Assembly: GCA_013265495.1 (NCBI GenBank)
Contig: MU058824.1
Span: forward strand, 5,674,976 to 5,738,975
Direction: 5' to 3'
Length of the DNA stretch: 64,000 nt
From: Vicugna vicugna
Lineage: Eukaryota
Positions 13,050 to 24,639 of this stretch are shown piece after piece. The translations under genes were made by a program, and so were the position numbers. The first letter of the stretch is position 1, and each line of letters starts with the position of its first letter. Below the pieces are notes generated by a model. It did not search any database. It saw only the letters and a list, made by a program, of their open reading frames with translations, and was not told the DNA's origin.

Positions 13050-14105
13050 TGCATTAGTCAGGCTAACTTCACATAATGCTCCTAAAACAAATGAATTCTG
13101 AAATGTCAGGGGCTTAATGCAACAGTTGATTACTTGCTCATATCACAATCTAATGTGGAGTAGGAAGATTTCCTTCACATTTTCCCAATTAGCATAGAAT
13201 TGAGAATCCAAGCTGATTCCATTTTTTTTTTCAGCTTCACTGAGGTATATTTGACAAATAAAATTGTAATGTATTTAAAGTATACAATGTGATGAGTTGA
13301 TGTACACATACATTGTGAAAGGATTCCCACTGCCGACTTAATTAACACATCCATCAACTCACATGTTTGCTTTCTTGTGTGTGTGAGAACATTTAAGTTC
13401 TACTCTCTTAGCAAATTCCAATTATAGAATACAATTGTCTTATCACCATGTTATACACTAGATCCCCACACCTTATTCATCTTCTAACTGAAAATTTGTA
13501 TTCTTTTACCAGCCTGTCCCTATGTGCACACTCCTTAGAGATTAGATTATAAAAGACTATTACATCTGTCTTACTTATCCTGTTCTCTCTCTCTTCCCCA
13601 CTGTCTTGGAGTCCTCACTCTGGGAGAAACCAGCTGCCATCAGTGTGTAGCCCTATGGAGTGGCCCACATAGCAAAGAACTGATTCTCTAGCCAAGGTTC
13701 AGTGATGCCCTCAGTCCTACCATCAGGCACATGAGTGAACTTAGAAGCAGATCCTCCTTAAGTTGAGCCTTAAGATAACTGCAACCCCTGCTGAAATCCT
13801 GAACATAATCTTCTGAGAGACTAATCCAGAGGCAACCAGGTAATTTACATTTAAATTCCTGATCCACAGAAAGTAAGACTGCTTAAGTCACTAAGTTCTG
13901 CAGTAGTTTTTTGGCATAAGATATATAAGCGTATGGCAAGATACAATGGCAAGAGAAGAGGGATGCAGAAGATCAAGTGGATTTTTTTTCTTTACATCCA
14001 GGCCTGGAAGTAGCTTTCATCACTTCCACTCACATTTACTGGCTTCAGCAAAATCACCCTGCTCCAATCCAACTGCAAGAGAGGCTGAGAATAGTAGAGC
14101 AGCAC
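13050..14105. mobile_element. Nested cluster: old MLT1 (-) split by an L1MA 3' end (~13222-13530, -) and an MLT1F/G-like LTR (~13540-13930, +)
   Basis: tgcattagtcaggcta..ggcttaatgcaaca; poly-T + gaggtatatttgacaaataaaattgt; ctcactctgggagaaaccagctgccat..ccctatggagtggcccacat; ggcctggaagtagc..catcacttcc. Confidence 0.75.
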
Positions 14106-14379
14106 AAGGATATCTGATACTACATTTGATGTTAAAGATTTAGTGGGGATTGACCAGTCTAATTGTAACCTTGAAAGAGGATTCAATCATATTTTGAAGT
14201 CATCAAACATTTAAGTAGGAATTTACTAAAGAGGGTAAGTATTTTTTTCTTGTTGCTACTGAATTACTAATGGGGGTCAGTCAGTTGCTGCTGATTCAAA
14301 CCACTCTAGCATCAATCAATTGACAATACAATAAAACATTTAGAAAAAATAAACGCATGCTTGTAAATCACACAAACAT

Positions 14380-14548
14380 CTAAAAATCTTCATTTGTAGA
14401 TAGTGTTCAAACCACTGACTCTTCCAACATGACAGAATCATAAGTATCACCTATACCAGCCTCCAGAATACGAAGAAAGTATTTCAACCTCCCTGCACCC
14501 TACTCTAGCACCTCTAAACTCGTGGTAACTCATGACGAAGAAAGATAC
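14380..14548 (-). pseudogene. Exon remnant (3' boundary uncertain)
   Basis: Acceptor ttttgactgttttag|G; phase-compatible with the 14728-14769 exon; RYLSSS*VTTSLEVLE*GAGRLKYFLRILEAGIGDTYDSVMLEESVV*. Confidence 0.45.
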
Positions 14549-14727
14549 CTAAAACAGTCAAAATGCTCTGTGCATAAAACTGGTGTGAAATGATAACTGT
14601 TAGAATTAGAGACAAAGTTTTAAACTTTCAGCCCAACTAATATGTAATTCATAAGACTGGATGGTAAGAATTTTAATGTATTGGTTTAACTTTAGGAAAA
14701 AACTGTACAAGAACTCCTGGCTCCTAC

Positions 14728-14769
14728 CTTTCTTGACACACTGCAGATGGAACCGTAGTTATCTCATTA
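14728..14769 (-). pseudogene. 42-nt exon remnant
   Basis: cttcttccag|T AAT GAG ATA ACT...CAA GAA AG|gtagga; NEITTVPSAVCQE, symmetric phase 2. Confidence 0.55.
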
Positions 14770-14812
14770 CTGGAAGAAGTGTAGACTAATTTATCAAAAA
14801 TTGCTCTCTTTA

Positions 14813-14956
14813 ATATACACAAAATGTTATGATAAATCACAGAGAAAAAAATGTGACAATGAGTATGTATAAGTCCATGAATGACTGAAAAATTGTGCTG
14901 AACACTGGAATTTGACACAACATTGTAAAATGATTATAAATCAATAAAAAATGTTA
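14813..14956 (+). mobile_element. Very short young L1 3' tail with 17-bp TSD
   Basis: TSD aaaaattgctctcttta at 14796-14812 and 14957-14973; insert homologous to ~10020-10170. Confidence 0.93.
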
Positions 14957-16049
14957 AAAAATTGCTCTCTTTATCCATTTTTAGAAAGATTAAACTTTGG
15001 ATAACAAAAGAGATGGCCAGAGTTTCCTAACACCACGTAAAGCAATGATTCTCCCTTTCAAATGTGTTAGAGGAATAATTTTAAGTGATATGGGCTTGAC
15101 ATATACCAGCCATTTCTGTCACACTGCAGCAGATTAAAGGGTAAAGGGGCTAGGGATGGTTGACTGTTTGAAAAATTGAGATAATTATCTACAATGCTCA
15201 GGATGAGGAATGTCTGAACTTTATTTTTTGGTCAAATTGCCCCTGAGACACTATAAGCATACGTCAGCTTCTAAAGACAGTAAGCTGTTTCCCCCTTCCT
15301 TTTTACCCCCAGAAGAACCAATGAATGAGTTATGCTTATAAATACAGCAGCAATGAATTTCAAAGAGAAGTATTTGATGTCATTAACTTTTGTGCTTTGT
15401 GAAGGACTTTGAGGTTGTATCAGCAGGTATCAAATGAAAGAGGAAAGTGAGGCAATTATCAGGTAATACAAGCAATAAACCCAATATTTTGTCTTGATAA
15501 ACTGTGTGTTTTCAAGAAGAGAAGCTAATTTGCCTCGAATAACTAAATAATTGCTGAAATTCTCCACTTATCTTGAGAACATACATTTGGCCTTAATTAA
15601 AAATTCACACCGTAAGACAGATCATTGATTTAAATCTATATTGCAATAAGATGGTTGTCCTTTGGAAGATTCCTTTAATGAACTCAGATTCTGAAATTTC
15701 CCTTTTTCCACTGGTTTCTGTTATTTTGAGTGCTTTGGTGATAGGAATAATATTTTTAAATAACCTTATATTTGACCCAAAATATATTATTTTCCTCCAT
15801 TGTATTGGAATACCCTTCATAGAAACAGGACATTAACACAGAATTTTGCATGTCTGTGAAAGTAGTTCCAGAAAATCGGCCCAACCCTCCTCCCCAACAT
15901 GATATTCCTCATTCTGGTTTACAAGACTTCTGATTTCAACCAATTTACTCATAATTAACCTAAGAATCTTTGGTAGCCATTAGTAAGATGGATAGAAATC
16001 AATGCTTTCATAAACTTCTCTCTCTGGTATTCCTAGCCCAGGCTTGCCC

Positions 16050-16600
16050 CTCTGTAACACATCCTCTATATGAAATTATCTTTCTAAATCAACAATCTGA
16101 CTTGTATCTCTCATGCTTACAACCCTTCCATGGCTCTCCACTGTCCTACACAGAATGATATAATGCAAACTTCCTGGCAAAGCCCAGAGAGTAACTGGTG
16201 ATCTGCCCTAGTGTCCCTCTCCAGGCCGTCTCTCACTCTCCCCTTGCTGCCCACACTGGTTGACACTTGCTTACTGAACTATGCTCTACACCAACTCCAG
16301 GCCTTTGAACATTCAGATCCTTCTCCCAGAGATTCTCCATTCCTACTTTTCCCACCTGTTTCTCTTCCTGGAAACAACTTGTAATGTTTCTCCTTAAACT
16401 TGATTTCTTCAGGAAGGTCTTCCCTAACCTCCCCAGATTGGCTTAAGCATATTTTTTATGTGTTTTCTTAGAATTTTCTACTTCATCTTATCATAACACT
16501 TCTGAGCTATGTTATAATTTTAACCACCCAACTCTCATCTTTTGGAGAGGAAGTTATTATTTCTTAACCATGTTTTAAAAAGTATTATTAAGTGAATGTG
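16050..16600 (+). mobile_element. L2 fragment
   Basis: aacccttccatggctctccact, ccaggcctttgaacat, tcttcaggaaggtcttccctaacc. Confidence 0.7.
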
Positions 16601-16699
16601 TATTAAATAGGAATAGCTCAAGTGATTACATTATAAGCAACTAACTCCTTAGAAGTATAATATATATCTGCTAGACCTATGGCTACCAATTAGTGAACT

Positions 16700-16900
16700 T
16701 GTGTCAGGGACACTGCCAATTATCTCTTGTTATCCTCTAATACTTTTCTTACTTTCAGTAATTGATCCCATAACTGACCAAGATTTGGCTGATCCATGGC
16801 TATCCAGCTAGACACTATATTTCCCCATCTCTGTTGCAGCTAGGAATGGCCATGTGAGTTCAGATGAATAAGATACGAACAACTTCTGAGTAACAACTTT
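16700..16900 (+). mobile_element. MLT1 LTR 5' fragment
   Basis: tgtgtcaggga ... tatatttccccatctctgttgcagctagg..tggccatgtga. Confidence 0.65.
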
Positions 16901-16904
16901 ATGA

Positions 16905-18065
16905 AGAAAGTCTCTTCACTTATAACAAGATAAATACAAATTAAAACTACATTGAGGTACCACTTCTCACCTATCAGAGGTGCATCTGTGGGAAAATTGG
17001 AACTCTCATGCATTGCTGGTGGGAATATAATGTGAAGGAAAATTTATTAGTTATTAGGGAAACTACATATGTGTTTGCTTTTTGACCAAGTAGCCCATTC
17101 CTGTAAATTTACTCTGAAGATACTTCTCCAGTAACACAAAAATTCATATGCACAAAATTATTCTTTGCAGCATTATTTATAATGACAAATTAGGGGGAAT
17201 ATTTTAAACACTTAATATTGGAGATTAGTTGAATAAGCTATGGTTTATCCTCAAAATAGAATAATATTCAACAGATGAAAAAGAATGAAAAAGACCTATC
17301 TGAACTGATATGAATAATTTCCAAGATATATTAGTAAGTGAAAATATTAAAGAGCAAAAGAGATATATGCTAAGTTTCCTTTTGTGTTAGAAATAACTAA
17401 ATAACATCTTCCTACTTATTTCTGCAAAAAGAAACAGACTGAGGATAAAGTACCGCTGAACCTTGAATAACACAGATTTTAATTGTATGGGCCCACTTAT
17501 ATGCAGTTTTTTGTTTTTGTTTTTTTTAACCATAGTAAATACTACTGTACTACAAAATTAGCAGTTGGTTCAGTGGTTTGGAGTAACTATGAATAAGGAG
17601 GGCTGGCTATAATATTCCGATTTTTGACTGCATGTTAGGTCTGCACCCCTAAACTCCCACACCCCTACACTATTCAACAGTCAACTGTAATGCGATTGTT
17701 AGAAGGAATAAGTAGGAGTGGGGAGAAACGGATAGAGGGTGACATTTCCCTGAATATAATTTTTGGTACAGAATTAATGGAATCATGTTAATGTTAAAAA
17801 AACAAAAAATAACTAAATTAAATGAACAAGGATGAGAGAAAACATAAAATGGAATATGAACATTAAAAAAATCCCTACTGTATTTTCCATGACTAACATA
17901 ACCACACCAAAGGAGGAAAAAAAGCAAGTAATTTTAAAGCACAATGTTTTGACTTTACATTCCCAGTCCATAAACAAAGAACTGTACAGAATGCAGGTTC
18001 GTCTTTTCACAGTGGTATAGGCTAGCAATTCTGAAACTACTTTCCGTGCATTGTAGACTTGAGCT
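16905..18065 (+). mobile_element. Old L1 (L1MC/ME-like) ORF2 end and 3' UTR, interrupted by a Tigger MITE
   Basis: aaattaaaactacattgaggtaccact, gaactctcatgcattgctggtgggaat, agcaattctgaaactact. Confidence 0.75.
17453..17687. mobile_element. Tigger2a/MER8-like TcMar MITE
   Basis: TA|ccgctgaaccttgaataac ... tattcaacagtcaactg|TA; degenerate TIRs with TA duplication. Confidence 0.85.
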
Positions 18066-18162
18066 TACTGCTAAGACTAAAGTAGTTGTTCGGTATGCAT
18101 ATACTGTTTAATCATTATTTTATTCCAAATATTGATCAAATAATTATTCTGACTTGGTTTAC

Positions 18163-18295
18163 ATTTCATTGACAAGTTTAAGATGATGGAGATATTTGAG
18201 AGCACATGTTCAATTTTGCCAGACTGTTAAAATAGCTGCAAAAAATCTGTTCTATACAAAAAAGATTCCACTTTTTCTCTTCAGCATTATCATAG
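18163..18295 (-). pseudogene. Cys-rich exon remnant in a unique island between two L1s
   Basis: ttcattttag|C...AAT|gtaaac; YDNAEEKKWNLFCIEQIFCSYFNSLAKLNMCSQISPSS*TCQ*N. Confidence 0.5.
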
Positions 18296-18379
18296 CTAAA
18301 ATGAATTTAAATTTATAATTTAATCACAGTATATCTATGGGTTGGTTAACCTCTAGTATTTTCCTGAATGTCTGTTCTA

Positions 18380-19960
18380 TTTGATGTGGAGATACTTAAA
18401 ACAGATATAAAATATGGGAAGAATCCAAACTAACCTAAAAATGCTAATCAAATTCAAATCCCAACAGGATTGTTTTGTCAAAATTGAAAAACCGATGCCT
18501 AAATTCACGTAGAGGTGTGTAGGCCCAAGAATATCTAAGACCGAGAAAAAAAAAAAAGAATAAGAAGGAATTGTCCTATCTGATTTCAAGATTAATAATA
18601 AGGCAATAATATTAAGGTAATGTGAAAATGACACAGTGTCATTAAGTGTTGAATTAGATCAACAAGAAAGATGGAAGAGCCAGGAAAGACCCACGGGTAT
18701 TTGGAAATTCTTAGATGATGGAAGTGGCATTCCAACTCAATGAGAGATAAAGCACTGCTGCATAAGTGGAATTAGGACCTGTTACTTACTATATGGAAGA
18801 AAAATCAGATTACTTATCATCTCATGAATGAAAATCAGTTCAAGGTGCAATAAAAATCTAAATTGGAAAAATAAAACTGTTGCAAATTAAATTTTAGAGA
18901 ATATCTTCATGACCAAAAGACATATTAAGAAACAATTTCTTTAGTGACACATGTAAGCCATTAACCTTAAAGGTAAAACTGGTAATATGACTGTGTAAAG
19001 ACTGAAAACTTCTGTAGGATGAAAGGAACGAGAATCACAGCTAAAAGATTACAGTAAGATATTTGTACCACAGAAGATAGGCAAACAGATTAGTATCCAG
19101 AAAATATACAAAAAGTTTTGCAATCTATTAGAAAAAGACAAGCGTGAAATGGCAATGCACAGAGGAGGAAGCACATGGGAAATAAACCTGTGAAAATATA
19201 CTCAACTTTGCTAGAAATCAGGAAACCATAAATTAAAACAACCATGGGATTGTATTTCACGTCAGTTAGCTTGGCAAAAATTAAGGTGCTTTACAATCTC
19301 AAAGGTTGGAGAGAACGTGGTATCTCTGGAATTCTCATATTCTGATGGAGGGCATGTTCATTAGCACAACCACATTGTGGGGCAACCTAGCAGTTTCCAG
19401 CAAAACTGAAAATGTGCATAGCATGGTTCAGCAATCTCCTATCTAGGTAAATACTGCAGAGAGATTCTTTCACCTGTGGACAATGCTGTGTGCACAAAGT
19501 TGTTCATGGCAACAGAAGAATGTGGAAATAAAACATGATGGAATTGTATCTGTATTAAAATTTATCAGTTAAAATAACTGTAAAGTGTATCAGATCAACA
19601 TGAACAGTACTCAAAATGATGCATAAAGAAATGTGCAGAAATATATGTACAGTATGTTTAAAAAAGAAAATATTTATATTTATTCTTTACTTTCATATAC
19701 AAGTGCATAAAAGCTAAAAAAATAATAAAACAGCAAACTAAGTATGAACAAGAAAGGTAGATATCAAATTTGTGGAGAAAGGAAGTTGAATAGGAGTGAA
19801 AAGGGAATGCCAGTGAACTTCATTTTGCCTGTAATAGTTTATTTCTTTTATCTAAAAATAATTTAAGAAAATAGGATATAATGTCATTGTATATAAAATT
19901 TGGGCAGCAATAAGTGGGGTAATTTTTATGACACACTTTTAAGTGCCTTAAAAATTTCCC
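18380..19960 (+). mobile_element. Old L1 (L1ME-like) ORF2 3' half and 3' UTR
   Basis: aattcaaatcccaacagga, tgatttcaagat..ataaggcaataatattaag, aaattaaaacaaccatg motifs. Confidence 0.8.
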
Positions 19961-21374
19961 TGAAATACTGAAAAATAAGTACATATATAAATATATAACT
20001 AAAACAAAAATATGGGGTTTGGAAAATACTATTCTTTATTTTAAGACTTATCAATTTGTCTTCATTACAGTATTTCCCCAGAGAAATGTTTCATAGATTG
20101 GTCCATATTTCCTTCACACATTGAGTTTTATAATAAAATTTCATAGACTTATGGATAGGCTACAGAGGGGAAGACAAAAGCAGTGGGTGGTAGTTCGGTC
20201 TCAACTATGCCATCATGTCATTACATTTAAATAACATGGAATTCAGGATTATAAAGACCCTGCTTAAAAAACATTTTGCTATGTTACTTGAAAGTATGTC
20301 ATATTCTTTTAAAAGTTTTGTTTAAAACCTTAAAATATAAAACATCAGTGTTCAAGATCATGCCTTGTGTTTATTTGCCAATGTACTTTTAAAAATTGTT
20401 GTTGTTGTTTTGCTCCTTCCATTTCAGACAACTGACTCTTCCTCTTATATCAGCCTCTAGTTTTAACCCTACATGTACTTTTAGCCTTGACGAATATTGC
20501 CACCCAGTTTGGTAGGTTCCCTCCCTCTTGCATTCAAAGAACATTTCAGTTCTCTTTGAGGAGGCCTCTGCTTCTTAGGAGAATGGTGGTAATTATATTT
20601 GACAAGCAGTAGCTTCTGTCCTACCAAATGAACTCATCAAATGACAGTAACTTTACCAGTATTTAATTCAAGGTTTATTGATTTATATTTGCATCCTATA
20701 TCTTCAGTTTATAGAAGACAAGGACCTTTCTGATTAATTTACTTCATACAATGCCTAACAACTTCATTTGCATTTGAGTTCTGATGTATGTAGAAGGTAC
20801 TGGCCTTAGAACACCAGGACACCAGGCAGGTACATTACCTATTCCAGGGTCTTGCTGATGATGTTACAGGTCACTGATTAATGTGGGGCAGGAAAGAGAA
20901 GACATAATGGCAGGGGTAGCTCAAGCATTTCTACACAGGAGGAGATTAGACTCGGCAGTTGGTTTAAAAGTTGAAAACAGGATATTGGTGTTTTGGAGGG
21001 ACTTGCGTTGGTTGAGCAAATGTTGAATCTTCGTTTCAAAGGTGAAGGCTGAAGCAGATTATCAAAGAGCTTAACATCATCCTCCTACTCCCCCGAGACC
21101 ATCTAATGGCACTTCTGCTATCAGCCTGATTGCACAAAGAGGAGGGCTACAGCTGGATGCTTGGGAAAATCTTCATTACATAAATCTGATTAAATAATAG
21201 GAGTGAAATGAGAGCTGGAAAGATGCCCAAGAAAACTGCTGGTCTTTGAAAACGTCACAGGATCCAGGCTTTCACCCAGAAAAGAAAGAAGACACCTTCC
21301 TCATCTGTCTCTCCATCCTTGTTCTCTTCGGGAAATGTGCTGGAACCTTGCTTTATAAGATGTTTAGTCACCAA

Positions 21375-21840
21375 TTATATCAACCAAGATCTAGAGAGGA
21401 AACAGAATTCACCCAGATAGTCCAAATGAAGAGACACTAACGAGGTTCTAGTTATGGCGGGGGGGTGGGGGTTTAAGTGAAAAAAGCAAAGGATGAGACA
21501 CCCAGAGACAAGCATCACAGGAAGCTATTACTATCTCTTTACATCATAAGGGTCAAAGGGTGAGATAGAGTTAATGAAGCCCAGGTCAGTCTGGGGCAGT
21601 GGAGGAGGGGCTTCAGGAGTGGGACTTTAACTTGTGGAGGAAAGCACTTGCCATCCAGTGACGAAGCAGGAAAGAACCTCTTCCCACAACTTCCTCATGT
21701 CACCTTCTTTTTGTCCTCTAATCTCAAATTTACACAGCCGGAGTGCCTGAGAAATGATCTATGCAGCCTATTCAGGACTCAAAGCTGGGCAGAAAGTCTA
21801 AAGAATGGATCTAGGGAGGCAACCAGAGACTAATTAGCAC
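21375..21840. mobile_element. Ancient ERVL-type LTR remnant (family not determined)
   Basis: aggaaacagaattcacccagatag..aatgaagagac start and gaatggatct..aattagcaca end resemble old ERVL LTRs. Confidence 0.4.
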
Positions 21841-22155
21841 AACAGTATAACAAAGTGCCACTGTAATCTAGTAAAATTTTATATTAAATCCAAATGATAT
21901 ACTTATTTATATTCATTTTGTCGCTTTTGTATTCATTTTTACATGTATATGTGTGTATATCCTTTCTGAAGACGGTAGAGATGAATATCATTAAGAAATT
22001 GAGAAACTGATACCTAATGAGATATAGATAATCCCCAATATCCTTAGGAACAAAAGTCAGGATTCAAAGTCAAGTCCACCTAACACAAAATCCATGTTCT
22101 TCCTATTTCACCACAGTGATCATCATGGAAAAGGATAAGAGTCATGTACTCTCAC

Positions 22156-22413
22156 AGGCAGTAATGAGGAAAACACCCTAATTTATGAGGAAACAACTCA
22201 AGTGCAAAGGAGTAATTTCTCCATCAAAGATAGATCTCTTGTTTCTTGAAATCCCAGCTAAATGTTTGTTTTCCATCACATCAATTTTTGCAGGTATCAG
22301 TATCTTCTCCTTAAGCTTTTTTTGGAGAATGTTTATACTTGTTGCAAAAGCCTGTGAGCAGACCAAGTTAGCAGACTGAATAACTGCACTTATCCCTTCT
22401 ACCTCACAAGATC
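22156..22413 (-). pseudogene. 258-nt exon remnant with furin-type RNKR site
   Basis: ttttgttgtattag|GA...T|gtgaga; xSCEVEGISAVIQSANLVCSQAFATSINILQKKLKEKILIPAKIDVMENKHLAGISRNKRSIFDGEITPLHLSCFLIN*GVFLITA; symmetric phase 1, one stop. Confidence 0.6.
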
Positions 22414-22449
22414 CTAATACAACAAAATTAAAAAAAAATTGGTATAAAC

Positions 22450-24600
22450 CCCAAATAATAAAGATAATGGGAAGGGAATGGGCATAATATAGGACAAGAA
22501 ATTCCATCAAATTTCCAGAAGATGGAAAAGGATGGAATTTTCAATTGATGAAGCTAAGAAGTAGAAACCAGAGGCTAAAACATACAAACAAAAGTCCCCA
22601 AGAATAAGGCAGCTGCTTTCCCCCAGCAGAACACTGACGAAGCTTCTAACTTAAATTTTCAAGTACAATGGGGCATGAGTGAAAGGTGGATCTAAAACCA
22701 TAGGGGATAATTAATCAGAGGCTATACAAAACAATAAACCACCCCATATTGAGTTACAGAAGGCTGGCAGCCAGGTATTTAAATCTTGGACCAAATGAAC
22801 CTCAGATAGATTTCATCCCAAATGAGTTGAACAAATTGTCTTGGATGATTATAGAGCAGCCAGTGTGAATAACTGAGCCCCAAAATAAAGTCCTTCATTT
22901 TCTGCCATTTGCAGAGCCCATCCTACCTTACTTATCTTAAAACCAACTCTGGCAGATATAAAACTTTTCCCAATAACACAGGGCTCCCAGCCAATCTTCC
23001 TATTGCCTTATTGTTATGTATGACTAAAGAACCAATTTTAATCAAACATTTGAGAACAGCCTAAAACAGAAAAGTTATGGATCATAAACAAGTAGAAAAC
23101 TGATCCATGACTTAGAACACAGAAATGAACTTAAATGGGCAAAAACCAAGCAGCCAAGAATAACTAAAACTGAGCACCTCTCTTGTTGCTGTATTCAAGA
23201 AAACTGAGAAGATATGAACCTCCAAATCAAGGAAATACTATCAAACTGGAACAATTAGGTAATATGAGATTTTTATAACTAAAAATATGGTTGTTAAAGT
23301 AAAATGTTATTCAAGATAGAGTAAGTATATTCTATTCCCCTAAACTGTAAAACAAAAGACAACCATTAAATGTGAGAGAAAGGAAAATATATTTAAGGTC
23401 AACCCAAGAGATACAACATCTGAATGACTAGTTTGGGAAAGGCCTGAGTGCCAAGTAAGATACTTGTTAGACTATCAATGTGAAATTTCAGTATAGGGGA
23501 AAAAAAAAAAAGTAAAGATCATACAAGCTTCCAGGGAGCAAAAACTGATCATCTCAAAGAATCAATAATCAGAGTATAAAAATTCTCAATGACCAAATTG
23601 GAGCAATGCCTTTTAATTTGTAATGGTGAAATTATTTTAAACTTGTATCTCTACATATTCAAATCATTAGTTTTTTTTTCTTTTTTTGAGATCAGAGTAA
23701 AGACAGTTTTCAGCCATGTACAATATACAAAGTTGACCCTTACTCCTCCTAAAGCATTTTCCTATGAGGGTACCTAAGGATATGTTCCAGCAAAGAGGTA
23801 GCCCTAGAAGGAGGAAGTTATAGGATTCAAGAAACAGTTATTATATACTAGGAGAGCAGTAAAAGATTCCCCAATAGGCCTAGGAAGAAATCAGTCCAAA
23901 TTTGAGGAGGAGAATGGAGGACTCTTTAATAATGAATCAGTGAAATCAATTTAAATATGACAGAGGCAGAGAACAAGAAAAAAAAAAGATAACTTGATAC
24001 TCAAGAAAGAACAACATACTATGCAAAAAAGTCACGGTCCAAATTGCAATGAGAAATGAGTAGGCTTCAAGGAAACTAGCTCAATGGATTCTACCAGCAG
24101 AAAAAAGATGTAAACTCTGGAAAAGTAAAGAATATGGTAAATATTGCATATGTGTCACCTTCATGCAAAGAGAGAAAGCACATCAATAAAAAACACTGTA
24201 AACAATGAATAAATCTGAGAAAGACATGGTTCAAATATAAAGCAAAATGCAGCATGCTTTTGAAGAGTTACTGGCATGTAAGAAATGGGAAACCTTCTGA
24301 ACATTTTTCTTTGAGTACTGTAGAGGATTATGTATTTAAATTGAAAAGAAAGAAATGTAATCATAGCACAATTTATGATTCTCCAGTGAACATTACACAG
24401 CCATTGTGTTGTAAATATAAAATTTAGGCTCAACCTATGGGCAAAGTATGAGACTTTCAGAATTATGATTTTTGAACACAATGTTGTCAGCATTATGAAC
24501 ATAAAAATAAATGCATATCTAAATTTAGAAAGGAGGTAGAAAAAAGTGTAAGTAATAAATCAAGAGAGAAAATGAAATGAAATCATAAAGATCCTCAATT
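22450..24600 (+). mobile_element. Highly degraded L1 5'/ORF1-type (or HAL1-like) remnant
   Basis: A-rich strand bias; aagcttccagggagcaaaaac..aagaatcaataatcag..tggagcaatgcctt ORF1-like motifs. Confidence 0.5.
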
Positions 24601-24639
24601 AACAAAAGAGAAAATAAGAAAAAGGGAAAAAAAAGAGTG

